A stretch of DNA of 64,000 nucleotides from an uncultured delta proteobacterium (lineage in GTDB: Bacteria; Desulfobacterota; Syntrophorhabdia; Syntrophorhabdales; WCHB1-27): contig CAWEPK010000015.1 of NCBI GenBank assembly GCA_963810935.1, positions 16,827-80,826 on the forward strand, written 5' to 3'. Below the pieces are notes generated by a model, which was not told where the DNA came from, searched no databases, and saw nothing but the letters and a program-made list of their open reading frames with translations. Position numbers and translations under genes: made by a program. Positions 11,534 to 21,915 of the stretch are shown here, in pieces (position 1 is the first letter of the stretch; each line of letters opens with the position of its first letter).

Positions 11534-12550
11534 CTATTTTGGCTCCCCGAACTTCTTTCGAAGCTCGAGGTTGACTTCAAGCACATTGATGAACTTCTCC
11601 CCCGCCAAGCCGAACCAGGGGCTTTCAGCCGCAGCGTGCAGCACGCCGGAGACCTCTTTCTTTACCTCCGACGGGTCGCGCTTCAGGCTTGCCGCCCATT
11701 TGGACGCCACGCGGTCGAGCTGGTACTCCGCGTTCTGCAGCGTAATGTGCGGGTCGAGGCCCGAGGCGGAGGCCGTGACGAGGTCGCCGGGCACGTCCTT
11801 GAGGTCCGCCCTGGGGTGCTCCTGTAGCCACATGTCGAAGAATGTCGCCTGTATGTCGCTCCCCTCACCGGCCGGCTCTATGGCAGTTGCGTCTTTGCCG
11901 TCCGCCCCCTTATGGGTCACGGGCGCCGGGAACCTGCCGGGGTAATCTTTAGAAAACGTCTCGAAAAAGACGACCGCAAGGTCCGTCGCTGCCGGTTTCG
12001 GCGTGCCGGGGTTATCCCCGGCCCATTTCGCCACGAGGTCCGGGTGCTTCTTTGCCCATTCGTCTACATAGGTCGCGTGGGTCGCGTCTGCCTTCACCCA
12101 CCCCTGGGCGGAGCCGTTGTGCATGTCTGCCCACTGAGCGACGATGCCTCCCTTGCCCTGGAACCTGTCCTGCCTGAACCATGCCTCTATATCCGGCCCT
12201 GCGGGTTTTCCCGCGTCGGGACCGCTTTTGTATGTGACTATAGGGCCCAGCGTATGGGCGACGCGGTCGCGCAGGGCATAGTTGGAAACCGCCAGCGATG
12301 ACGAGGCGGAGGCGGAGGCGTCATAAGACGGCGATGAGGGCCTCGGCTGGAAATACTCGTCTTTCGTGAACGGCTGGGCGATGAGCCGCGAGCCGACGAT
12401 CTTGCCGTCAGGCCCCTTTATCATGCTGCCGTTCGCCTCGAAGGGGCAGGCTACCTGTCCTATCGCCCACAGGACCAGGGGGTAGAGCAGGCAGCAGATG
12501 ACCAGCCCGAAAAGAAGAAGCAGGATGCTCCTTGAAATGTCGCGTGCCAT
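11534..12550 (-). CDS. kdpC: K+-transporting ATPase subunit C, elongated (338 aa)
   Basis: LYPL..ANGS..GSRLIAQPF..YFQPRPS N-terminus; DLVTASASGLDPHI and INVLEVNL C-terminus; GGAGG RBS. Confidence 0.88.
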   Translation of the reverse strand: MARDISRSILLLLFGLVICCLLYPLVLWAIGQVACPFEANGSMIKGPDGKIVGSRLIAQPFTKDEYFQPRPSSPSYDASASASSSLAVSNYALRDRVAHTLGPIVTYKSGPDAGKPAGPDIEAWFRQDRFQGKGGIVAQWADMHNGSAQGWVKADATHATYVDEWAKKHPDLVAKWAGDNPGTPKPAATDLAVVFFETFSKDYPGRFPAPVTHKGADGKDATAIEPAGEGSDIQATFFDMWLQEHPRADLKDVPGDLVTASASGLDPHITLQNAEYQLDRVASKWAASLKRDPSEVKKEVSGVLHAAAESPWFGLAGEKFINVLEVNLELRKKFGEPK

Positions 12551-12564
12551 GTTTATGCCTCCCT

Positions 12565-14754
12565 TTAGACCAAATGCAGTCCGACCATGATCAGGTCTAT
12601 CAGTTTTATTCCTATGAACGGCGCTACGATGCCGCCCAGGCCCCATATGGCAAGGTTCCTCCGCAGGAGCGCGTCCGCGCCGAGCGCCATGTACCTGACG
12701 CCTTTGAGCGCCACCGGGATGAGCAGGGGGATGATGATGGCGTTGAAGATGACCGCGGACAGGATGGCCGACGTCGGGGAATGGAGGTGCATGATATCTA
12801 TCATGCCTAGCCACGGGAGCGTCCCCGCGAACAGGGCGGGGATGATGGCGAAATACTTCGCCACGTCGTTCGCAACGGAGAAGGTCGTAAGGGCCCCGCG
12901 CGTGATGAGGAGCTGCTTGCCGATCTCGACGACCTCGATCAGCTTCGTCGGGTCGCTGTCGAGGTCTACCATGTTGGCCGCTTCCTTGGCCGCCTGGGTG
13001 CCCGCGTTCATCGCAAGGCCCACGTCGGCTTGCGCCAGGGCCGGGGCGTCGTTCGTCCCGTCTCCCATCATGGCTACAAGCTTGCCGCCTGCCTGCTCCT
13101 TCCGGATGTAGGCGAGCTTCGTCTCGGGCGTCGCCTCCGCGAGGAAGTCATCGACCCCGGACTTGGCTGCAATAAAGGCCGCGGTTAAAGGGTTGTCCCC
13201 CGTTATCATGACCGTCCGCAGGCCCATCTTGCGCAGGCGCGCGAAGCGCTCGCTCATGTGGGGCTTCAGGATGTCTTCGAGGACAACCACCCCTGCCACC
13301 CTTGCCCCATCGGCTACGACGAGGGGCGTAGCGCCGTTCGAAGCAGCCGTATGGACGATAGTCTCCAAATCCTGCGGGACCGTCCCGCCGCTTGCCTTGA
13401 CGAACTCGGCTACCGCATCCGTCGCGCCTTTCCGGATGCGCCTGCCGTCCGGCAGGTCGACGCCGCTCATGCGCGTCTGGGCGGAGAACGATATGAACTC
13501 AGCACCGGGCGGCGCCATGACTGCACTCCTGCCCTCCTTCTCGAAGAGGCGCACGATGCTTTTGCCCTCGGGCGTCTCGTCCGCCGCCGATGCAAGGGCC
13601 GCGAGCAGCCCCAGCTCGCTCGCGGTGTAGCCGGATACAGGCAGGAAGGTCGTGGCGTTCCGGTTGCCGATGGTAATCGTCCCCGTCTTGTCGAGGAGCA
13701 CTACGTCGATGTCCCCTGCCATCTCGACCGCCTTGCCGCTCTTGGCTATGACGTTCGACTGTAGCGCCCTGTCCATGCCCGCTATGCCTATAGCAGCCAG
13801 GAGGGCGCCGATGGTGGTCGGGATGAGACAGACCAGAAGGGCGATCAGGGTAGGCACGTCGGTGCCGAGGCTTTTGAGCGGCCCCTGGACGCCTAAGTAT
13901 CCCTTCATGTAGTTCTCCGCGTTCCAGGCCATCGGCCATAGGGGTATCACTACGATAAGAAAAACCAGCGTGAAGGCGGACAAAAGCAGCGTAAGGGCGA
14001 TCTCGTTGGGGCTGCGCTGGCGGATGGCCCCTTCGACGAGGGCGATCATCCTGTCTAGGAACGACTCGCCCGCCCCTGTCGTAATCTCGACCACGATCTT
14101 ATCGGAGAGCACCACTGTACCACCCGTGACGCCCGAGCGGTCGCCCCCGGCAGCCCTTATGACAGGTGCGGACTCGCCCGTGATGGCTGATTCGTCAACG
14201 GACGCCACCCCTTCGATGATATCTCCGTCGCCGGGGATCGTCTGCCCCGCCTCTACGACGACCCTGTCGCCGGGCTGAAGGGCAGCAGAGGAGACTTCCT
14301 CGATGGCGCCCGCCGCAGTGAGGCGGGAGGCGGTGGTTTCGTGGCGCGCCTTTCTGAGAGATTGCGCCTGGGCCTTGCCGCGCGCCTCCGCCAGGGCCGT
14401 CGCGAAGTTCGCGAAGAGCACGGTGAGGAAAAGCCACGCGTCGAGGCCGATGAAATAGCCCATGGAGACCTGGCTTGCCCCCTTGCCGAAGGCCGCCTCG
14501 ATTATGAAGAGCAGTGTAAGGAAGGCGCCCACCAGTACGACGAACATGACGGGGTTCTTCCACTGTATGTCCGGCCGGAGCATGACGAAGGCCTGTACCA
14601 GAGCCGCCTTCGCGGTCTCCGGCTCCAGGAGCTTCCGCCCCTTCTGGCGGCGCTCCCCGGAAGGAAGCCTCATCCCGGCCGGTGCGGCTATTGGTTCGGT
14701 TGTTTCGTTCATTTCAGGTTCCTTTGGCGTAGCGCTTCGTGATTTACGTTCCAT
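12565..14754 (-). CDS. kdpB: K+-transporting ATPase subunit B
   Basis: [47 protein letters not shown]. Confidence 0.96.
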   Translation of the reverse strand: MERKSRSATPKEPEMNETTEPIAAPAGMRLPSGERRQKGRKLLEPETAKAALVQAFVMLRPDIQWKNPVMFVVLVGAFLTLLFIIEAAFGKGASQVSMGYFIGLDAWLFLTVLFANFATALAEARGKAQAQSLRKARHETTASRLTAAGAIEEVSSAALQPGDRVVVEAGQTIPGDGDIIEGVASVDESAITGESAPVIRAAGGDRSGVTGGTVVLSDKIVVEITTGAGESFLDRMIALVEGAIRQRSPNEIALTLLLSAFTLVFLIVVIPLWPMAWNAENYMKGYLGVQGPLKSLGTDVPTLIALLVCLIPTTIGALLAAIGIAGMDRALQSNVIAKSGKAVEMAGDIDVVLLDKTGTITIGNRNATTFLPVSGYTASELGLLAALASAADETPEGKSIVRLFEKEGRSAVMAPPGAEFISFSAQTRMSGVDLPDGRRIRKGATDAVAEFVKASGGTVPQDLETIVHTAASNGATPLVVADGARVAGVVVLEDILKPHMSERFARLRKMGLRTVMITGDNPLTAAFIAAKSGVDDFLAEATPETKLAYIRKEQAGGKLVAMMGDGTNDAPALAQADVGLAMNAGTQAAKEAANMVDLDSDPTKLIEVVEIGKQLLITRGALTTFSVANDVAKYFAIIPALFAGTLPWLGMIDIMHLHSPTSAILSAVIFNAIIIPLLIPVALKGVRYMALGADALLRRNLAIWGLGGIVAPFIGIKLIDLIMVGLHLV

Positions 14755-14755
14755 G

Positions 14756-16594
14756 TCAGCCTCCGAATGGTACCGGTCCCAGGTGGTCGGCTATAGGGCC
14801 GAGCACGGCGACAGGCAGGAAGAGCAGGGCCCCGACGATGAGGATGGTGCCGAGGAGCAGTATGCCGAACGTGACTGTGTCCGTGCGGAGCGTGCCCAGT
14901 CCGAAGGGGGCCGATTTCTTCTCCCCCAGGGAGGCTGCAAATGCAAGGGGGGCTACGATGGGGAGGTAGCGGCCGAAAATCATCACGAGGCCCGCTGCAA
15001 TGTCCCAGGCCACGGCGGTCGGGGCCGGGTTCGCGTTGGCGGCGAAGCCGTAGACGACCCCCAGGCCGTCAAAGGCGGAGCCGTTGTTGGCCGCTGCCGA
15101 AGAAAACTGGTAGACCATCTGGGATAGTCCGTGCGCGCCTGGGTTGCTCGCCGCAAGCAGCCCATAGTGCGTGGCCGCGAAGAGCCCCGTCGGCATGAGG
15201 ATGCAGAAGGGATGGACGAGGAGGGCGACGATGGCCAGCTTCACCTCCTTGGCCCCGATCTTCTTGCCCAGGTATTCGGGGGTCCTCCCTACCATCATGC
15301 CTGCAACGAATATGCCGATTATGACGTAAATGAGCATATTGATCATGCCGACGCCCTTGCCGCCGAAGACGCAGTTCAGCCACATCCCTATCATGGGTGA
15401 GAGGCCGGCCAGCGGGTTCAGGCTGTCCGCTTCCGCGTTGATGGAGCCGCACGTCACGTCCGTCGTCACGGCGGCGTAGGTCGCCCCTGCGGAGGTGCCG
15501 AAGCGCATCTCTTTTCCTTCAAGGTTGCCGAGGTGCTGGTCAACGGGCAGGCCGGCAACTGCGGGTGATGCAACGTCCAGCTTGCCGCCCGGGGCAGTCG
15601 CGCTTGGGATTTGGTACATCCGGGCCTCCGCGTGCGCAGTGAGGCCGGGGTTCGGAAAGAGCGTGTCATAATAGACGGACATGAAGATCGTGCCCGCCAT
15701 CAATAGGAGCATCACCCCGAAGACCACACAGGCGTGGCGCATGCATCTCAGCATGCGCCCGTACATGAGGACCAGGGCGAAGGGGAAGATCATCATTGCC
15801 AGGCAGTTGAAGAAATTCGTCAGGCCCGTCGGGTTCTCGTAAGGGTGGGCGGCGTTCATGCCGAAGAAGCCTCCCCCGTTCGTCCCGAGCATCTTGATCG
15901 ACTCGAAGGCTGCGACCGGGCCGACGACTATCGTCTGCTGCTTCGGCTCCCCCTTGTCTGTCGTCCCCATTGCGGCAGGCTCCAGGGTCGAGACGGTGTG
16001 CGTGCTCTTATACGTCATCGGGGTGCCCTGGAACATGAAGATCAGTCCGAAGACGATGGCGACAGGCACGAACATATAGACGACCGCCCGCCACATGTCG
16101 AGGAAATAGTTCCCTACGCTAGAGTCGCTCCGAAGGGCGCGGATGATCGCGACGAGGGCCGAGAGCCCCACGGCGGCGGACAGAAAAAGGTTCGATATGG
16201 CCCAGACGATCTGACTGAAGTTCGACAGGTGCTGATCGCCGGAATAGTGCTGGAGGTCCGTATTGGTCATAAAAGAGATGACGCTGTGAAAGACCGTCGT
16301 CGGGGCAAGCTGCCCGAGGCCGCGGGGGTTAATGGGCATCCATTGCTGGATCGACAGCACTACGTACCCGAAGATGAAGAGGACCACATTGAAGATCAGG
16401 AGCGACGCCGTGTACCGCTTCCAGTCCTGGGGACCGCTGTCAAGGCGCCTCTCGCACCAGGCGAAGACGCCCCACGGCCTATATTTCCCGTCCATGAGCC
16501 AGGCCATGTACCGGGACAGGGGAAACGCGACGGCCGTCGCGACCAGGAGAAGCATAAAGGGGGGTAACCAGACTTGTATGCCGGACATTGTCAT
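14756..16594 (-). CDS. kdpA: K+-transporting ATPase subunit A
   Basis: [52 protein letters not shown]. Confidence 0.96.
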   Translation of the reverse strand: MTMSGIQVWLPPFMLLLVATAVAFPLSRYMAWLMDGKYRPWGVFAWCERRLDSGPQDWKRYTASLLIFNVVLFIFGYVVLSIQQWMPINPRGLGQLAPTTVFHSVISFMTNTDLQHYSGDQHLSNFSQIVWAISNLFLSAAVGLSALVAIIRALRSDSSVGNYFLDMWRAVVYMFVPVAIVFGLIFMFQGTPMTYKSTHTVSTLEPAAMGTTDKGEPKQQTIVVGPVAAFESIKMLGTNGGGFFGMNAAHPYENPTGLTNFFNCLAMMIFPFALVLMYGRMLRCMRHACVVFGVMLLLMAGTIFMSVYYDTLFPNPGLTAHAEARMYQIPSATAPGGKLDVASPAVAGLPVDQHLGNLEGKEMRFGTSAGATYAAVTTDVTCGSINAEADSLNPLAGLSPMIGMWLNCVFGGKGVGMINMLIYVIIGIFVAGMMVGRTPEYLGKKIGAKEVKLAIVALLVHPFCILMPTGLFAATHYGLLAASNPGAHGLSQMVYQFSSAAANNGSAFDGLGVVYGFAANANPAPTAVAWDIAAGLVMIFGRYLPIVAPLAFAASLGEKKSAPFGLGTLRTDTVTFGILLLGTILIVGALLFLPVAVLGPIADHLGPVPFGG

Positions 16595-16625
16595 TACTCC
16601 TTGGGCCTTAGCGGGGCAGCCATTT

Positions 16626-16706
16626 TTAGAACCATTCGGGCCTTATAAGGGCCGCGACCAGGTAAACGAACAAAAAGACTGCAACTATGGCAGTGAGATA
16701 GATCAT
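16626..16706 (-). CDS. kdpF: KdpF small subunit (26 aa)
   Basis: Own translation MIYLTAIVAVFLFVYLVAALIRPEWF with the typical YL..AL.RPE.F motif; GAGGTG RBS. Confidence 0.9.
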   Translation of the reverse strand: MIYLTAIVAVFLFVYLVAALIRPEWF

Positions 16707-16720
16707 CTGTCACCTCGCCG

Positions 16721-16828
16721 TCAGATTTTTTCACATACTTTCATGAACAGATAAACCAGAGCCATCCCGACAATTCCCAGTACGAACATCGCGGGTACCC
16801 AAAATCCAAGGTTTGTCTCGAGCTCCAT
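16721..16828 (-). CDS. small membrane peptide upstream of kdpF (35 aa)
   Basis: Own translation MELETNLGFWVPAMFVLGIVGMALVYLFMKVCEKI; GAGGAGG RBS; one TM helix. Confidence 0.72.
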   Translation of the reverse strand: MELETNLGFWVPAMFVLGIVGMALVYLFMKVCEKI

Positions 16829-16934
16829 TTTCGTACGCCTCCTCAACGCGTCTGTGGGCAAGGGCCCTGGGGCCGGGACCCGTCTGCCGTTCTCTCTATA
16901 GCTGATAATAAAATAGGTCTTTAATTATCAATTG

Positions 16935-16976
16935 GGCGTAAAACTATCAGGGAAACACGTCAGGAAGATATAAAGA
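16935..16976 (-). promoter_or_regulatory. putative KdpE-binding region
   Basis: Minus strand CTTTATATCTTCCTGACG...TTTTACGCC resembles the T-rich TTTATA/TTTAC direct repeats bound by KdpE. Confidence 0.5.
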
Positions 16977-17065
16977 TCGCGCCGCGCAGGTTCAATGCAG
17001 GCTAAGCCGCCGCACCGTCCTTCCCTCCGCGCCAAGTCTGCGGAACTCCAAGCGAAAAAAAATAC

Positions 17066-17107
17066 TTGACATGTAATACACAATGTAATACCATGTCATG
17101 TATGACA
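17066..17107 (+). promoter_or_regulatory. sigma70 promoter overlapped by operator repeats
   Basis: TTGACA-N17-TACCAT; TGTAATAC twice (17072, 17084); TGTCAT-GT-ATGACA palindrome. Confidence 0.6.
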
Positions 17108-17256
17108 GGCACAGATAGATCAGGTTCAGTTACGCTTTTACATAGGTTCAATCCTTCCTTTTGTTACCTCCGCCCCGGAACCCCAACATCGCTCCTCTCA
17201 CGCGTTTTCGTCGCCGTCGCACAGGTGACGGCAAGGAGAGTCGCAGCAACCTAACG

Positions 17257-17286
17257 TTCGCGGGCACCCCCTGCCCGCGAATTCTT
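17257..17286 (+). terminator. putative intrinsic terminator
   Basis: TTCGCGGGCA-CCCCC-TGCCCGCGAA followed by TTCTT. Confidence 0.45.
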
Positions 17287-17433
17287 CCGGCCGCTTGCTT
17301 CCAGGGCGGCGGCGGCCGGAAAAAGACCTCCCCGGCATCTTTACCTTTCGCGATTTTCCTTTGTCCCATCCCTTTCTGAGAGTATAATTCACGCAGGTAA
17401 AGTAACCGGGAGCTGCAAAACAAGGAGGTCCGG

Positions 17434-18372
17434 ATGCGGATTGCGATTTTCGGCGCAGGCGGCGCGGGCGGCTACTTCGGCGCACAACTGGCCCGTGCAG
17501 GTGAGGACGTTGTCTTTATCGCGCGCGGCAGCCACTTGCAGGCAATTCGGGCAGAGGGCCTGCGCGTGGAGACGCCCGCGGGGGAGATCGCCATCCGGCC
17601 CGCACATGCAACGGACGACCCGGCCGAAATCGGCCCGGTCGACGTCGTGATCCTCGGCGTCAAGACCTGGCAGGTGACAGAGGCGGCCGAGGCCATGCGC
17701 CCGATGATAGGCCCGGATACGTTCGTCGCGCCGCTCCAGAACGGAGTGGAGGCAGCTTCCCAGCTTGCGGCGGTGCTCGGTACACGGCACGTTTTGAACG
17801 GCCTGTGCGGCACCATCAGCCAGGTCGTCGCCCCGGGCCGCATCCGCAGCATCGGCGAGGCCCACTTCATCAAGTTCTCGGAGATCGACAAGCGGCCGAG
17901 CGAGCGCACCGAGCGGCTCCGGCAGGCCTTCGAGCGGGCGGGTGTCAAGGTGGAAGTCCCCACTGATATCGATGTTGCATTGTGGGAAAAATTCCTCTTC
18001 GTCGTCTCCTTCGGCGGCGTCGGCTCGGTGACGCGGGCGCCCATAGGCGTCATCCGGACGCTGCCTGAGACGCGGCGCTTGCTCGACCGCTGCCTGGCCG
18101 AGCTTTTCATCGTGGGGCGCGCACGCGGCATCGCACTTACCGACGACAGCGTCGCACGAGCTAAGGTCTTCCTTAACTCCCTGCCTGCAGGCGGGACGAC
18201 GTCCCTTCAGAGGGACATAGCGGACGGCAAGCCTTCCGAGCTCGAGGCGTGGAACGGCGCGGTGGTGCGCCTCGGCAGGGACGCGGGCATAGAGACGCCG
18301 CTGCACGAGTTTATTTACAACAGCCTGCTGCCGCTTGAGATGCGGGCCCGTGGCCGGCTGGAGTTCGCGTGA
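17434..18372 (+). CDS. panE: 2-dehydropantoate 2-reductase
   Basis: GAGGAGGYFG, LQNG, LWEKF, TSLQRD..GKPSELE..NG. Confidence 0.9.
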   Translation: MRIAIFGAGGAGGYFGAQLARAGEDVVFIARGSHLQAIRAEGLRVETPAGEIAIRPAHATDDPAEIGPVDVVILGVKTWQVTEAAEAMRPMIGPDTFVAPLQNGVEAASQLAAVLGTRHVLNGLCGTISQVVAPGRIRSIGEAHFIKFSEIDKRPSERTERLRQAFERAGVKVEVPTDIDVALWEKFLFVVSFGGVGSVTRAPIGVIRTLPETRRLLDRCLAELFIVGRARGIALTDDSVARAKVFLNSLPAGGTTSLQRDIADGKPSELEAWNGAVVRLGRDAGIETPLHEFIYNSLLPLEMRARGRLEFA

Positions 18373-19277
18373 ATCCTGCGAGCGCATCGGCAAGGCAGAG
18401 TCTTGCGGCCAACGCGGGCGTGCTCGTGTCGGCGATTCTTTTCGGAGCGTCGGTAGTCGCTGTGCGCGTAGCGGTGCGCGAGGTGCCGCCCCTGATGCTC
18501 GCGCTTTTGCGGTTCGCCCAGGGGGGCTTCCTGCTGCTCTTTTTTCTCCTGGTCCGCTCCCGCCCATTGCTTCGCATCGCGTGGAGAGACGTCCCTTACC
18601 TTGTTTTGCTGGGCGCCGTCTTTTTCACGGTATTCCCTGTGACCTTCAATATGAGCCTGCGGCTGACCGAGGCGTCGCGCGGCGCTCTGCTGCTGGCAAC
18701 GATGCCCCTGTGGAGCGTGCTGATCGCGCGGGCAGCAAAGAAGGAGCGCCTGAGCGCGCGCCAGATGTGCGGAGTGCTGCTCACGTTTGCGGGCATCGCG
18801 GCCGCGGTTGCCGAGCGGGGTTTGACATTTTCCGGCGATGGCTGGTCGCTCGCAGGGGACGCGCTGATGCTCGTAACCGCCCTGTGCGGCGCGGTCTACG
18901 GGGTGCTGGCAAAGCGGATGCTCAGCCGCTACAAGGCATTGACCGTGACTGCATATGCAATGCTGTTCGGCACGCTGCTTCTGGTGCCTGCCGCGATTTT
19001 CGAGCGCGCGCCCATGGCCGCGATGCGGACTGAGACGGTGATGCTCGTTTTGTTTCTGGGGATATTCGGCGGCGCGATCGCGTTCTACCTGTGGACGTCG
19101 GCGCTGGCGCGGCTCTCTCCAACGCAGGTAGCGGTCTACGTCAATATCAACCCGATGGTGGCGACGCTTCTCGGCGCGACGCTGCTTGCGGAGAGGTTGA
19201 CGGGTGTCTTCATCGCGGGGTTTGCGGCGGTGATTGCCGGCGTGCTGCTGGTGAACGTGCCCGGCCGGCGCAAATAG
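18369..19277 (+). CDS. EamA/DMT-family transporter
   Basis: ~10 TM helices in two EamA repeats; overlaps the panE stop (GTGA). Confidence 0.88.
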   Translation: MNPASASARQSLAANAGVLVSAILFGASVVAVRVAVREVPPLMLALLRFAQGGFLLLFFLLVRSRPLLRIAWRDVPYLVLLGAVFFTVFPVTFNMSLRLTEASRGALLLATMPLWSVLIARAAKKERLSARQMCGVLLTFAGIAAAVAERGLTFSGDGWSLAGDALMLVTALCGAVYGVLAKRMLSRYKALTVTAYAMLFGTLLLVPAAIFERAPMAAMRTETVMLVLFLGIFGGAIAFYLWTSALARLSPTQVAVYVNINPMVATLLGATLLAERLTGVFIAGFAAVIAGVLLVNVPGRRK

Positions 19278-19287
19278 GACAATCCTG

Positions 19288-19716
19288 TTATTTAACCGGC
19301 AGGCAGGCGGGGCAGTAGCCCATGATTTCGAGCGTGTGGCGGACGGGCGTGAAGCGCTCGTGGCGGCATATCTCGTCCTGGAGCATTTCGAGCGTAGGGG
19401 AGTAGACTTCTATTGCCTTTCCGCAGGAAAGGCAGATCAGGTGGTCGTGGTGCGCCTTCCCGATCGCCTTCTCGTAATGGGCATGTTTCTCCGTCCTCTG
19501 GACCTCGACAATGACGCCGTCGTCGATAAGGAGAGGTATCGCCCGGTAAACGGACGCCCTGGACACCCTGGCCCCTCCGGCCTTGAGCCTGTCATATAGC
19601 GATTGCACGTCGAAATGTCCCTTGATCGTATCTATGGCAGCCAGGATCTCCTGCCTCCCCGCGGTCTGCCGCTTTCCATGGATGGCAGGCGCCTCTTTCG
19701 CGTCTTTCTTTCTCAT
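19288..19716 (-). CDS. Fur-family metalloregulator
   Basis: VSRASVYR HTH, HHDHLICLSCG, C-terminal CPAC. Confidence 0.92.
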   Translation of the reverse strand: MRKKDAKEAPAIHGKRQTAGRQEILAAIDTIKGHFDVQSLYDRLKAGGARVSRASVYRAIPLLIDDGVIVEVQRTEKHAHYEKAIGKAHHDHLICLSCGKAIEVYSPTLEMLQDEICRHERFTPVRHTLEIMGYCPACLPVK

Positions 19717-19786
19717 GGGCCCTTCTCTCCCCCAATAGCGACCTGATCCTATATTTTACAGGCAAAGGCGGCCTTTTTCAATAATT

Positions 19787-19874
19787 TGATAATCAGTCTC
19801 ATAAAGGTGCAGTTTTTCCTTGACTCATAGGCCGGTATGATATATCCTTACAATGTAACTGAGATACAGTCTCA
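19787..19874. promoter_or_regulatory. two Fur-type 7-1-7 boxes in a divergent promoter
   Basis: TGATAATCAGTCTCA (19787-19801) and TGAGATACAGTCTCA (19860-19874) flank TTGACT-N17-TATCCT (+). The fur-side promoter reads TTGAAA-N17-TAAAAT (-). Confidence 0.7.
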
Positions 19875-19899
19875 TTAATCAACAGGACCGGCGGGCTTC

Positions 19900-20196
19900 A
19901 TGCTAAGGCTAAGACCGATAGACAAAAAACTGCTTTTTCTCTTCTCCGTCTACCTGCTTTTTGCAGTGACGGTGGTCGCCTTCGACCCGCACGGCGCATT
20001 GCCCAGTAAGACATGCACGATCTGCTTCATGGGCATTTCCCTTGCTTCCGCCGTAGGTCAGGCCCATGTGACCTGCGACGTCTATTTCGACAGGCAATAT
20101 GTGCAGATGGCAGACGAGATTTGCCGGCTCTACCCGTCGGTACCCCTCTCGGCCATCTCGTACAGGGGACCGCCCGCCTCCTCCTTCGTTCTTTAA
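19900..20196 (+). CDS. DUF2946/CruR-like leader protein (TM, CxxC, C-terminal RGPP)
   Basis: Hydrophobic N-terminus, H..CTIC, and SYRGPP near the C-terminus; lies upstream of a porin. Confidence 0.7.
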   Translation: MLRLRPIDKKLLFLFSVYLLFAVTVVAFDPHGALPSKTCTICFMGISLASAVGQAHVTCDVYFDRQYVQMADEICRLYPSVPLSAISYRGPPASSFVL

Positions 20197-20299
20197 TCGA
20201 TTTACGACAAGTCAGGCACGATTACAGTACAGGTAAGGCGAAAGGGCGCCGGACGTCCCGATAGCGCGGCCTGCGCCCTCTAGAGATGAGGAGCAATCG

Positions 20300-21702
20300 T
20301 TGAACCCGATATATTTAATGAGACGCCTGCGCGTTGCGCGCAAAGGCGTCACGACGATAGCATTATTGTTCGTATTCGCGATTCTATTTATCGTCACTGC
20401 GCCGCGTGCAGCTTACGCGCAGGATACAAAGTCCTCCCTCCCCCCTGGTTCCCCCAGCTCTTAGGCGCACAGGTAAACGGGGTCTACCAGAACTCCCCTT
20501 CCTTCCATAGCCCGTACACGGGAGACAAGAGCTTTATCTTCGATCATAGCTTCAAGCAGCGCGTTACCGATGTCTACGGCCTCTATTTAGGCTCGCAGAT
20601 CACCCCCTCGCTCCAGGTCTACGGCGACTTCGAGATGTTCAGGGGGTCGGGCATATCGAACGGTTTCGGCTTGGGTGGATATACCAATGCAGACGTAATA
20701 AGGGCAGGGCCTGCCAATTTAGGCCAGGAGCCCTACCTTGCCCGCCTCTATGCCAGATACGTCATCCCCTTATCGAATGCCGTGACGGACCCGGTAGAGA
20801 GGGGCATGGACCAGATACCGGGTAGCCAGGCTGCGGACCGCATAGAGATAAAGGCAGGCAAGCTCGCCCCTACGGACGACTTCGACCAGAACCGCTATGC
20901 CAATAACGGCCGCACCCAGTTCATGAACTATGACTTCCTCTTCAATACCGCCTGGGACTATGCATCCGATACAAGGGGATACTCCATAGGCTTCTCCGCC
21001 GCCCTTGTCCATCCGGCATGGAGGCTTATCTTAGGCAGCTACCAGGTCCCTACCACAAGAAACGGCATGATCCTGGACAATGAGATCGCAAGGGCGCGTG
21101 GAGACCAGTTGGAGCTAGACATAGCCAGATGGGAGAAAGGACCCGTTGTCCGCCTTTTGGCCTTCAGGAACGAAGGTAGGATGGGGGACTACAGGGACGC
21201 AATAGCCTTAGGTGCATTAACAGGCACGGTACCCGATACTACCATACAAAACATACCCGGAAAGGTGAAGTACGGCTTCGGCTTAAACATAGAGCAGCCC
21301 CTTGCCAATGACGGGGACACGGGCATCTTTGCAAGGTTCGGCTGGGCCAACGGGGATAACTCCAACTGGTCCTATACCGAATCCGACAGGCACGCAAGCA
21401 CAGGCGTCCAGATAAGCGGCAAGAACTGGGGCAGGCAGGAGGACCAGGCAGGCCTGGCCTTCGGCGTCAACGGCATCACCTCATCCCACCAGCACTACCT
21501 CCAGCAGGGAGGCATAGGCATGCTCGTAGGGGACGGGGCATTGAACTACGGCCTGGAGCAGGTGACGGAAGCCTACTACAGGATACAGGTAGGCAGGTAC
21601 GTGCAGATAAGCCCGGACTTCCAGTACATCTGGAACCCAGCTTACAACAAAGACAGGGGGCCGGTGCAGGTCTACGGGATGAGGATGAGGGTGTACTACT
21701 AA
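20300..21702 (+). CDS. OprB/MnoP-like outer-membrane porin (frameshift in poly-C ~20440)
   Basis: GAGGAG RBS, TTG start, signal peptide ending AAYA; SFHSPYTGDKS, YLARLY, DFDQNRYAN..RTQFMN, AWDYASDTRGYS, GDGALNYG.E..EAYY, NPAYNKDRGPV. Confidence 0.82.
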
Positions 21703-21715
21703 CTACCGCTCTCTT

Positions 21716-21855
21716 CCGTCATGCCGGCGAAAGCCGGTATCCAGTGTTCCCCTGGCAGGATACCCCTCACCCTGCCCTCTCCCCGAAGGGGCGAGGGGAC
21801 AAAAAAAATGCATGCGCAACAATTGTCCCGTGTAGGGGCCGGGCATGCCCGGCCC
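21716..21855. repeat. cluster of REP-like palindromes of three types
   Basis: CCGTCATGCCGGCGAAAGCCGGTATCCAG; CCCCTCACCCTGCCCTCTCCCCGAAGGGGCGAGGGG; GTAGGGGCCGGGCATGCCCGGCCC. Confidence 0.7.
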
Positions 21856-21915
21856 GTTCGACAATTGCAGCAACTGCGGGTGGTCGGTAATCGGCAAGGT
21901 TCATGTAAGAATATA

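Noticed and set aside
16830..17400. c-di-AMP (ydaO) riboswitch upstream of kdp
   Set aside because: The conserved GCTGAA..GGGGGAACC..GGGGTGAA..CAGCTAAC blocks are not visible on the minus strand.
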